A stretch of 63,958 nt of DNA, filler included, from Choristocarpus tenellus KU-1152 (taxonomy: Eukaryota; Protista; Phaeophyceae), in the NCBI GenBank assembly GCA_964200185.2. It is 11 parts of 11 records of this genome, joined end to end, with 100 filler letters (N's around TTAATTAATTAA, not from the genome) between each part and the next. Parts side by side here need not be neighbours in the genome. Positions count along the whole stretch, not along the records: positions 1 to 10,564 come from CAXNAD020002855.1; positions 10,665 to 18,679 come from CAXNAD020005266.1; 9 more parts are not named here. The stretch is one strand, 5' to 3'. Shown here one piece after another: positions 1 through 10,788 of the stretch. Position numbers and translations under genes: made by a program. The notes beneath the pieces were generated by a model. It saw only the letters and a program-made list of their open reading frames with translations. It did not search any database and was not told where the DNA came from. Position 1 is the stretch's first letter. Every line of letters starts with the position of its first letter.

Positions 1-46
1 CATTATAAGAATACCAAAACCGTTACCCCCCCCCCAGATACTTTAG

Positions 47-1298
47 ATCTTCGCTGATGATTGCCATCCCTGATGTGAGGCTGCTGGGATACAAGTCTGC
101 CCCAGAAACACCCATCACTTCTGCCTCCTGTCCCTCTCCAAAGTTGGAGGTGGTTCGTCGCCCGCTATGGCCCACTAAGCCGACATCTCAAGTCTCTAAG
201 AGGTAAGTGATAGTATGTGAACAATGTCAATCAAGTATGTTACGTACCATGTGTAAGTTTTTGTCATTCAGTTTCCCTGTCCGTCATTGTGAGGATGATT
301 TCTTACATATTTCTACATTAAATTTAATGGTGAGCAACCTGGGCCTCTACTTTTTTTCGTTAGTAGTCTGAGAATCATTTGACTATAGTCAGTTAATAAT
401 TGATCTACCTATGGACCGATATGCTATTATTTGGTTGATGGTCTGCGCCAACACCGAATAATCTTTGTCATAACCACTCTACGGAATTTATAGTACATGA
501 AAGAATGTTCCTCTAAAATGTTCAGAAAATACTTAGAAGAATAACCTTAGGTGTGAAGAGATCTGGATGGGGGGAGGTGAGGGAGAGAATACAGAGTTCT
601 GTATAGATCTTTCCATAAAGTAGAGAATCAATAAATGTGACGTGGCTGCTGCCAAGGTGTACCCTTGTCCTGATATTACCTCACGCGCGCTCTTTCCATG
701 TTCGCTCTTGAATATTCATCACACAGGCGTTCAGGTACATCTGCTGCTGTTGCTTCATCCCGAAGGTGCTTGCCTACAATGCTTTGAAATTACACTATAG
801 AGCATTGATTGAGATCTAAAGTTTCATCACTAATCGATGAGATGGGAGCTCGATGCATCCAACAAAACAGTACAGTCAGTTCTTGGTATACCAACTTTGA
901 GTATCATATATATTTTTTGTAATTTTGGTCTTCTTGGGGTGTATATATCCACAAAATGTTGGACTGATGGCTACTACTTCACTTCTGCAAAATATTTCCC
1001 ATTTCTGGTTGATCCCCTTACTATTTTGTGATCTCTGGCAACTTCCTTGATCGTAATGTTCATTTCCATGCCTTGCAGACGGGAACACCCCTCAACAAGA
1101 GTTTCAGTACCTAATGGCAACGTGAGGAATAGCGCAGTTGGGAATTCTCCCACACAAGCAGAGACCGTAGCTATCCAGGCTGAGAGGAGGAAGAGGGCTG
1201 TGGAGATTGTTGCTCGCCAACAGTGTGTAGCTGAAAGAGCAGAAAAAAAGGCTGCTGTTGCTGCCGCCGCAAAGGCAAAGCAACAGAGGCGTAACTAG
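47..1298 (+). CDS. 3' end of a spliced gene of unknown function (exons ~47-202, 727-765, 1079-1298)
   Basis: GT-AG junctions in consistent phase 2 give ...KSAPETPITSASCPSPKLEVVRRPLWPTKPTSQVSKR/RSGTSAAVASSRR/REHPSTRV...AERAEKKAAVAAAAKAKQQRRN*. The 5' boundary of the first exon is uncertain. Confidence 0.55.
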
Positions 1299-3426
1299 GC
1301 CTCAGCAAGATGTTGTGTGTCGAGAATGTACAGATAGGTGTCAAATTCGGGAGTGAAGTTGGGGAAATGCTGTAGCAGGATTTACGGCAGTGATTAGGTG
1401 GCTGTCTGTGTGCCCTCAGGTATGGATGCCTGTATCAGTTCTACACGATGTTTGACGAACTAGCTAGGGGGTGTCTTACTTATAAGTGTATTTATCAAAC
1501 TATTAGAGACTGCACAATATTGATTTGTTGTGTATTGTGACTCCATTGAGAAGGCGAGGTTTGTGTGCATAATTTCTACTTCGAATTGTTGCAATTTTTT
1601 TAGAGTATTTCTTCATATTACTGCTCATAAATGGAGGTTTACAATTTCATTGTGGAATAGTATGCTCTGAAGTATCTTTGTTTTCTGCAACAGCAGTGTA
1701 CGGTTGGATTCAGATCTACCATGTAAGTTGGTGAAGGATGAGTTTCTGTATACACAGTCTGACACAACCAGGCACAAAAGAACGATAGTAGAAATATGGG
1801 GTTGAGGTTGAAAAAGAGACGCATATGGACAGGTGTCTATCTTCTCTACCCCTCTGTTATTTCTCCTGCTTTAGGAGCCTGACTTTGTGTAGTGTACATA
1901 GCGAGAGCAAAGATTCAGGTCATCAATTGTGGTCCAATATGTGTCAGGCTTGACTTTGTATCAGGACCAGAATCACTGGCATCCTTCCTATCAGACATGC
2001 CCCATGGAAACATCTGTGATTTAGATCAGCTTCCATATACTGACAGTGCTCTATCTACCATCTTAGTGAGTAGATATGGCAATAGCTTAATTGGTTGCAT
2101 CTGTCCCTGCCCCTTGACCCTATGACACAGACCAAGGAGATTGTAGATGATCCCATTCAATGTTGACACCGTGCTGAGGAGAGAACAATTCCACATAGAG
2201 TCAACAGTTTTGCTGTTCATTGGGCATGATACCTTCCCAGGTAGCCAGTAGTGGAGTTCATTGCCCACGTGTGCAAGGGATGCCTGCTGGTGTTCAACCG
2301 GTTTATTTCACTATCCTTGATCACCAGACCCTGGAGCAAAAGGTGTAGCAAGGCGAGCAGCTACTGCCAACATTATTTGTATGATTGGACATCTGACTGA
2401 TTTTTTGCAGGTTTACAGTATAACCCACATTAATACTACCTTGTATCACATATATGGTAACATTGTCTTCTTACAGAGATAATCCAGAAATCATCACTAG
2501 AGGCATTCACACAAATACACCGGTTGCTCCCCCCCTCCCCTCTACAACTATTCTGACTGTTCACACTTCTCTACTGTTGTTTGTTCACATCAGTTTGATC
2601 ACTACTTGTCTAAGATTGCATTGTGGTGAGAATAAAGGATTGAAGGCCGGATATGTAAAATCGATGACTGTGCACCACATTGAGAAGACATCTAATACCT
2701 GCAGACCTTGCACAAACAGCAAGCAGCCAAGGAAGTCCATGTACTGTAGTTTCAGTTCGTGTACGTCCCACCCTCCCTCCCCCATGAGCCTCCTGTGGAG
2801 TATATTTTTCATTTGATGTTCTTCTTGAGGCACTGTCTGCCTTAAATCATTGTTTTGAGTCCCTCTTTGGGTGTGTTTGTCTGCCCAGGAGTGTGGTACC
2901 CAAAATGTTTAAGCACTGTGCGTATTAACAACAGGTAAGCAACCAGCACTTTCGGCCACAACACCCAATCACCGACCTCCTGGAATAATACCCACATGAG
3001 ATATTGTCGTATGCATGGCATGATTCCTGTGCACCATGCAAATGTGTTGCTACAAGACTCTCCCTCCCCACACCTCCAGAAGAAAAAAATACACTTTTGT
3101 TCCCTCCTTTGGTCTACGGTACCCTTTGGTGTAGCAATAGATAGCGCCACAGTTCTCTTTATTATACCTTACAAATTCTATGTGATACACTGTTGGCGGT
3201 ATCCTCTAACGAGAAAAATAGGCTCTTTTCGTTCAAGGATCAACGAAATAAAGCCCAAATTGCACACATGTATTGGAAACAGAGTCGAACGCAATGTGCT
3301 CCGCGCACTTGTTCCCTTGCAATTTATATTTTGCTTTGTTTTGGTACTGAAGTATTCGTTAATTTCTCATTAGTACAATCTCCCCTTTCAAAGGACATGT
3401 GGAGTACTGGCCTTGATCAAGTACGT

Positions 3427-3685
3427 GAGTGATCGTATCTTAGAGGGTACGAGTTTTGCCCTTTTTGTCCATTTGGGGCTTGACTTCCCTTGGGGTTTAT
3501 TCGACTTTTACCTACTCCAAGATATTTTGGAGTAGGTAAAATTTATACACAATGAAAAGGGTAGAGCCGGAACAAGGATATTGACACTTCCTAACAAACA
3601 CGATAGTCAAAATTACATCAAAATCGCAACATTGGATTTTGGCCCCCAAATGGACGCGGCTCTACCCTCTAGGATACTTTGGCTC
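3427..3685 (+). mobile_element. MITE family A (Sola2-like)
   Basis: TIRs GAGTGA(T)CGTATCTTAGAGGGTA ... TACCCTCTAGGATACTTTGGCTC; flanks ACGT/ATGT; body shared with other copies. Confidence 0.85.
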
Positions 3686-4734
3686 ATGTTCAGTTTGCAA
3701 TCCTTGCATTTCTTTTTTGTTTGCTTGGAGTCTATCAGTCGACCCAACGGAATCCGTAGACAGAAACCAAGGAGCACCATCATTCTCTTCCATTGGGAAA
3801 CATGGCAACAGCTATGATAATACTTAGTACAGGAAAATATAGATTCGGTCAGGAGGAGTTGAGGCCGCCCTGCTGAGACCATCTTTCAACTTATTTCCAC
3901 GGTGGTGGAACAAGCAACTTTCTCAACTGACACCTGCCTGTTTCTTTCTGTAGTATGATGTTTAACCCTGCCATCAGAAGCTATCTTGTGGAAATGCTAA
4001 CTGAAACACTATCTTCAGTCCTGCAGCAGTACCGTGTGAGAAAAAAACAATTTTAGACACCCTCATACAAGGTTGATGAGACCAACCACTTTAGAGTGGT
4101 CCAGGGGATAACCTCCAAAGGCAGCAACTGGGAGTGCTTTCGCTGTTGTCTCCTAGATGCACACAGCAGCATACTTGTACATTTCCAGTGGTCAAGCATG
4201 CCAAACGTAGATGCTACACCATGGTTCTAGTGCGAATTCAGAGCTAGAATCCTTTCCACTTTCCTCTTCCTCCTTCTATTTCCCATCTCATTTTCTCGTC
4301 CAAGGCACTCAGAGCACACTGCAGGCATTGCTTTTTTTCGTACAGTATCTCTGAGAAGAGACAGGCTGCTAGTACAGAGGGGCCGCAGGAGGAGCAACAG
4401 GTGCTACGCGGGGCTTGGGTATTAAAAGGCTGCAGAATCCGTCCTGACAAGATCAAGCTCTCTAAAGGCAGTCCCCATCTATTATTGGTTGATGCACTTT
4501 ATGTCACATGGTGCCCGTGGATAGTATGTGGCATTGGACGGCATGCCTTGCAGGACTGCCTTGTCGTCCAGTTTGAAAACTTGGAAACACTGTATAGTGA
4601 TATTTCAACCTTGAAAGGTTTCTACCAATGGGCAGGTGGGTACAAAGTCAACCTGTATTTCAAGCATTCTTGGCAGCGACTAAGTGTACACAAATAGAAC
4701 AGGACTATGTTTTGTACTTGAGAGTAAGATGACC

Positions 4735-4992
4735 ACAGAGTTATCTTAGAGGGTAGAGCTGCGTCCATTTGGGGGCCAAAATCCAATGTTGCGATTTGGA
4801 TGTATTTTTGGCTATCGTGTTTGTTAGGAAGTGTCAATAACCATGTTCCGCACACACTTTTTCACAACTTAAACATTTTACCTACTCCTAAACATTTAGG
4901 AGTAGCAAAATGTCATAAAAAAAAACATTGGGAAGCCAAGCCCCAAATGGACAAACAGGGCAAAATTCGTACCCTCTAAGATGATTTTACTC
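4735..4992 (-). mobile_element. MITE family A copy (reverse)
   Basis: Reverse-complement match to 3427-3685 and 34408-34665; left terminus degenerate. Confidence 0.8.
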
Positions 4993-5492
4993 AGAGTAGG
5001 GCCACTTGGACATGTTGGGAATGTGCCCCACGTTGGGAATATATGTAAGGCCTTCTCAGGCAGAATACTCAAAAGGGGTGACTGAGTTTGTGCCAGCAAA
5101 AAAGAAGAGAGAGAATATACGGGTGACCCACAAGACTGACTCAATGCAGAAATGCTAAGGAAGGAGCTCTTACATGTTACCTGATAGCTGCCACATTGTG
5201 TACTTTCGTGTTGAGTTCGAGTTTCATTCGAGGAAGCCCGGCAGCAGCACCATAATTGGGTTGCTATGTGCCAAGAGTACGTAAAACATTCCCACCGTTC
5301 AATTGTGGAAAAAAGAGAAACTCAAGCCAAGAGTTGATCTAGCTAGAAGCAACATGTTTGCCCTCGAAAAAGCAACCTTCCCAGGAAGGGAAAACACTTT
5401 CCCTGGCGTCTCTAATCAGGTTGTATATAGGTTGTATTGCACAGCACGAATAGAAATAGAATATCATTAAAAAAAAGCGGCAAGCAAGGGAA

Positions 5493-5675
5493 GGTCAAAG
5501 TATCTGGGGGAGGGGTGTCGGCGTCCGTTTTTCACCCTTTTTTCGATTTTCACTTTTTTGGTGTGATTTGGTCGCACATGTCGGATTTGAAATGTCCGCA
5601 AAAAAAAAAAGAGTTGTTTGACCGAAACGGGCGCGCCCCCTCACAAACCACCCCCCTCCCCCAGATACTTTGAGT
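5493..5675 (+). mobile_element. MITE family B (TIR GGNTCAAAGTATCTGGGGG)
   Basis: GTCAAAGTATCTGGGGG ... CCCCAGATACTTTGAGTC; nearly identical body at 37117-37557. Confidence 0.8.
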
Positions 5676-5898
5676 CGGAGCTTTAAAAAATATTGTTATA
5701 CTCAACGCAATCGAGGGTTGCGTACCTCTCTGGAGAGGGATGGCTGTACAAAGGGATGTCAATTCTAATGAAAGGCCAGCTTGGAAGAGAGCATAAACTC
5801 TGGATGGGAGGTGCCAGTACAACGAAGCATGGGTTTCAAGACCTCTCACCACTCCCACCCCCTACTGTTGTTAGGAATGGCACCATGGAAGGTACACC

Positions 5899-8440
5899 TT
5901 ATCCTCTCCTCGGCCCTTGCACAACTCTCCGATTAGCCTTCATTGCCTTTGGGTGTATGAGGGAATTGCTGTACTCGTGAATGTCTCCATCCGTTAGAAG
6001 ACTTGCTGCCTCCGCCTCGATGTTGCTCCTGCTCAGAGCCGACTCGAAACAAGAATGGACGAATGCTAAAGGTGTTGACATCGATTCACAAGGACACGAC
6101 TTGCATGATGCTCGTTTAACCTATATATTTCGTTTAACCTATATATATATATATTTAATTTAACCTATATATATATATATTCAATTTAACCTATATATAT
6201 ATATATATTCAATTTAACCTATATATATATTTCATTTAACCTGTATGTTTCGCTTAACCTATATATATATATATATTTCATTTAACATATATGTTTCGTT
6301 AACCTATATATTTCCGGATGATAAGGTTCAAATGAAGGAGCAAGAGTTGACGCAAAAACAATGAGCCAAAGTGTACGAGAGGTACCCAGGTTTTGGCCGT
6401 TTTGCATTTTATTCCATTAAAATAAAATAAAATAAAAACTTTCAAAGGCTGAAAGTATCTGGGGGGGGGGGGGCGACAGCTGTTCATTTGGGGCCCATTT
6501 TTCCATGTCACAATTTTTGGGTGATTTGGTGCATGTGTTGGATGGATAATGTAAGTACACTTTTCCTGGTCAGTGCCCAAATGAACATCCTGGTGTAGAC
6601 CCCCCCCCTCGAGATACTTCGAGCCACAGTTCACTCATATTTCTAGGGAAGAAGTGTGAAGATCAACTCGAGAACCTTGATTTCTTTTTCTTTTTCTTTT
6701 TTATAAGATTTCGATGTAATTAAAAACATCCTATTCACACTTGTAAAAAACAGACATATTTTTAGCACACTATACCATCCTTAAAATGCAATTCTGGGTA
6801 GTACCTCTTGTTTACTCTGACCCCCTGCTGAAGCACAGTGAGAAACAGAGAGGACCGCAGACACCAGACCAGGTAAGGGACCTTTCAATATATATATAAT
6901 ATATATGTATACATATATCTACATATTACATATATTTTTGTACTCAATGCAGCTGGGGGGGTAGTGCAGTTAGGATGCACCGAGGTCAAATACTCCAGCA
7001 ATGCGATCGCCATGCCAATTAAATCTCCGTTTTTTTTTTGTTTTTTTGTTTTTTCGGAGGGAATCATGTTCCGGAAAAAACAAACAGAGTTCTTCTCAGG
7101 TTGCTTGGGTCTTTCAGTCTCTTCTAGGCTTCGCGTCCCCCTCACCTCTCCTCAAGGGCGTTGGTCTTTATCCTGGAGATATCTCTCAGGGCATCAGTTC
7201 GGTAGGAGACATGTTGGCTCATGAGCTCCTCTCGCCGGCGAGTCATGAGGTCCAGAACTTCAGTTGTTGCTGGGCGCTCGTTATAGTTTCGAATCGCCTG
7301 GATGAAATTTGTCAATTTGTTGTCCAAGGAGCTATGACTGAATTGTTTGTACCCAGGCTTTTCTTCTTGCGCCCATCGTGCAAGTGGTAGAAGTCATTTG
7401 AGTCAAAGCATCTTAGGGTTAGGGTAGAGAACCGCGTCCACTTGGGGGGGTCAAAATCCAATGTTGCAATTTTGATGGTAATTTTGACTATTGTGTGCTT
7501 TTAGGAAGTGTCGGTACCCTAACCCTAAGATACCTTCCGCACACACCTTTTCATAACGTATACATTTTACACCTACTCCGAAATATTTTTGGAGTAGGAA
7601 AACGTCATTAAAAAAACCCCATGGGAAGCCAAGCCTCAAATGGACAAACAGGGCAAAGCTTGCACCCTCTCTTAATAAGATAGTTTCACTCATTTGCGCG
7701 AGCAGGACATGTCCCCTAATGAACGGAGTGTTTGTGTGACTGATTCTTGTCCGCAATGGCACTTGATGCTTGGTGGGTGTATGCACTGGGGGGACTATCA
7801 TGAAGCTAGACGCAGTTGTCGGCAACCACGAAGGGCGAAGCCAAGCACACACACACAAGAGCTGTTGATTTCCTCTCAATACATAGCTATATATATATAT
7901 ATATATATATATATAACGGGGGTTTAGCACTATGTAGGGAGGCACTTTTCCGATCTGGTCTTCGTCAATAACGAAGCAGACATACAATTCTTTTTTTTGT
8001 GTTTTTCACACAACGGCACTGTCTACATAACAGAAAGGGAAGCCTTGACCTGGGCTGCTCGCTGGGTGTTCCTTCGGAGGCTCCTGTCACCAGGGTCGTC
8101 GAAGATAGTGTCTTGGAACGGCCGAATAGAGCGAGTAGCTTGACCTGTCACCTAGTTTAGGGGTTCCGCGACAAAATCGAATGGAGTGCTTCAAGCTTCA
8201 ATTGTGGGTTCTGGAGAGGCAAGGCTTGTTTGTAGAGGAACTGATGGGGAGGGGGAGGGGGAGGGGGAGGGGGAGGGGGGGGAGAAGAAGTGTAGTAGAA
8301 GAGGAAGAGTAGAACCATGGGCATGGGCGGGGGGATTAGGGGAGGGTGTGAGGGTTNNNNNNNNNNGTTGGCCCGGAAAAAAAACAGGGGAGGTGGACGA
8401 CGCGGTTGTGGGTTTTGGGGGGGGGGGGGGTGGTGGGGGG

Positions 8441-8492
<52 letters not shown>

Positions 8493-9790
8493 GAAGAAGT
8501 TTGATCACAGCTGAAGTGTACAACACTTACCATGGACTGGGGTATGATAGTAAGGTAAGTGTGTTATAGTTGGGGACTCGGTTTCTCAGTATATAGCAAA
8601 ACAGTCAACATTGCATGGCTCTCACAAAATTGCGGGCAGAAGTAATCTCTTTCCTAGTTAGAATCACAAACTTGAATCCTCCCTCCCCCCCCTCCCTCCC
8701 TCTCCCTCCCCTCAATGCCAGTTCCTTTGATCGGCATAGTAGATTGTACAACACCATACATGTAAGGCATACATGGGAGAGTACATGGGCTTTGGGAGAG
8801 TACTGTTGAGCATAAACACCACGTGTCCACTACCACCAACGGGAAATCTCAATCCTTCATCATAATCCAAAGAACGTTGCATGCAAACTTGACCGTGATG
8901 TCAGGGTTAGGGATGAGAAAGATAGTGGTCAGGGTTAGGGCCAAGTAGCCACCAGTGAGCGGTTGACCCCCCCTCCTCACCTGCAGTCTAGTTGCCAACA
9001 TAATGTGTCCCCTATCCCTGAGGTCCCTCAAGTGCTGGCAAACTAAGGGACTATTCCCGAACTCAACGACCCTGCGTGTGGACAGATGTGAAAGGGTCTC
9101 GCTAGTGCTCTCGGCTATGCCATTGCTAACCAGTAGCATTCCCGAAGATCTTGTCTTGGGTCTTGGCAAAGGTGGGCAAGGTTGAGACGGCAAGCAAGAG
9201 TGAAGAACAACAAAAAATCTTGTTAGAGACGGCATTACAGTTGGGTTGTGTAGAGGAAATCTTAGGGTTGGAAGAACTGGATGAACAAACGTTATCCAGA
9301 CAGTGGTGGTTGAGGGGTACTGTTCCTGACTGTGCGGGCACTGCTGTGGGTCTTCTTGGAGGCTTTTTCGGAGGCCTTACGGCACATCCACGGCATCCAA
9401 CACTTCACAGTTCTCCTCTGGCACAACAAGAGTGTCACAGGTTTCCTTGCCTACTGGATGTTGTTCTAACCCTGGTGTTGCTGATGATGCTGGTGACACC
9501 CTGAGCCATTTCAGACATTGCAATTCAGTAACTGGTTTGGAACAAGAGACATGTATGTATGTATATATATATATATACACATAGACACATAGACACATAG
9601 ACACATAGACACATAAGGTTGATTTTGTTTGACTGGTAGAACCTCTATAATGGAGAGGAGGTAGTGTTGAGGGGACAGATCTATTGAGCTGATCACGCAG
9701 TAGCTCGTCGAGATGTTGATGCTGTTCAAGGTGGTTCTTCACGTTGATACACAGTATCTTCTGATACTCTCCATTCCTCCCAAAAAACAC
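5899..9790 (-). CDS. Partial spliced gene of unknown function (exons 9790-9643, 8144-8050, 7297-7146, 6028-5899)
   Basis: Four AG/GT-bounded exons with matching phases (1,0,2) read VFFGRNGEYQKILCINVKNHLEQHQHLDELLRDQLNRS...GQATRSIRPFQDTIFDDPGDRSLRRNTQRAAQAIRNYNERPATTEVLDLMTRRREELMSQHVSYRTDALRDISRIKTNALEERSNIEAEAASLL...QGPRRG*. Confidence 0.6.
6113..6312. repeat. Compound minisatellite, ~9 units of TTTAACC(TA)n
   Basis: Repeated TTTAACCTATATATA..TTC units with variable TA length. Confidence 0.9.
6363..6823 (+). mobile_element. MITE family C with nested family B copy (6448-6625)
   Basis: Outer TIRs GAGCCAAAGTGTACGAGAGGTACCCAG ... GTACCTCTTGTTTACTCTGACCC; inner GGCTGAAAGTATCTGGGG ... GATACTTCGAGCC. 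Confidence 0.8.
7400..7691 (-). mobile_element. MITE family A copy carrying TTAGGG insertions, TSD ATTT
   Basis: ATTT-GAGTCAAAGCATCTTAGGGTTAGGGTAGAG ... GATAGTTTCACTC-ATTT. Confidence 0.85.
9575..9615. repeat. (ACACATAG)n microsatellite
   Basis: About 5 tandem 8-mers. Confidence 0.85.
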
Positions 9791-10081
9791 CTGTACTTAA
9801 TATATCTGGGAAGCAAAAATGAATGTCCTCTTTAGTCAAGCATTTCCTACACTTTCCAGCACAATAGTGTGTACGGCCCGTACAATCCAAACAGGTGTAA
9901 TCACTGCTTGAGCTGATACATGGTCTTAGGGTTATTTGTTGGAGTAGCGTTGTGGCGACTGAGCTCAAGGCACGGGCGGAGAAAGTTCCCCTGTCGATTA
10001 ACCCTAACCCTAACCCTAACCCTAATGATTGCTGTATATGCAAATCTTGTCTATTCCTAATGAAATCGTAGACCTGGACCA

Positions 10082-10390
10082 GAGTCAAAAGCTTTTTTAA
10101 GAGGGTGGGAGTTTTTCCCTCTCTTCATCCGTTTGGGGCTTGGCTTCCCACGGGTTTTCGTATGCCCTTTTTCGGTTTTCTGCTGTGGGAACACATTACA
10201 TATACATATACATATAAAAATGTATAGTACTACGATATAAGAGGCGTGTCCCGATAGACCAAAATTAAAGGATATTGACACACTTGCTAACAAACACGAT
10301 GGCCAAAATCACACCAAAATCGTGCTACATTGAACTTACGACCCCAAACGAACGGATGCGGCCCTAACCCTAACCCTAACCCTAACCCTA
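10082..10390 (+). mobile_element. Degenerate MITE family A; 3' terminal region replaced by (CCCTAA)n
   Basis: Body matches family A up to GGATGCGG, then CCCTAACCCTAACCCTAACCCTAACCCTA. Confidence 0.75.
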
Positions 10391-10564
10391 CTTCTCTTCT
10401 CGCGTGCGGAGGGGAGGTCCTTCATACAGGACTTGAGGAGGGAGGGTGGGTAAAAGATTTGCAGTCACTTTTTTTTTTTCTCTTTCAGATGCGGGGGGGG
10501 GGGGGGGGGGAGGCAAGCCGCGCTCCAGACTCGGCACGCGAACAAGACGAGAAATATGGTAACG

Positions 10565-10664
10565 NNNNNNNNNNNNNNNNNNNNNNNNNNNNNNNNNNNN
10601 NNNNNNNNTTAATTAATTAANNNNNNNNNNNNNNNNNNNNNNNNNNNNNNNNNNNNNNNNNNNN
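10565..10664. other. Artificial contig linker N-TTAATTAATTAA-N (also ~18680, 21353, 28950, 37558, 46308, 49424, 52349, 58089, 61309)
   Basis: Identical ~100-nt N blocks with a six-frame stop spacer. Confidence 0.97.
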
Positions 10665-10788
10665 CCAAATGGACAAACAGGGCAAAACTCGTACCCTCTA
10701 AGATACTTTCACTCTAAATTGAAAAAAAGGTCATTACATATTTTTCAAGGGTAAATTAAGTGGGGAAGAAACAGCGATCCCCACTCAC

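Noticed and set aside
8186-8569. Poly-Gly/poly-Pro ORFs (also 48487-48895, 49476-49777, 61357-61596)
   Set aside because: They arise from G/C homopolymer runs next to gaps; run lengths are unreliable and the sequence is probably intronic.
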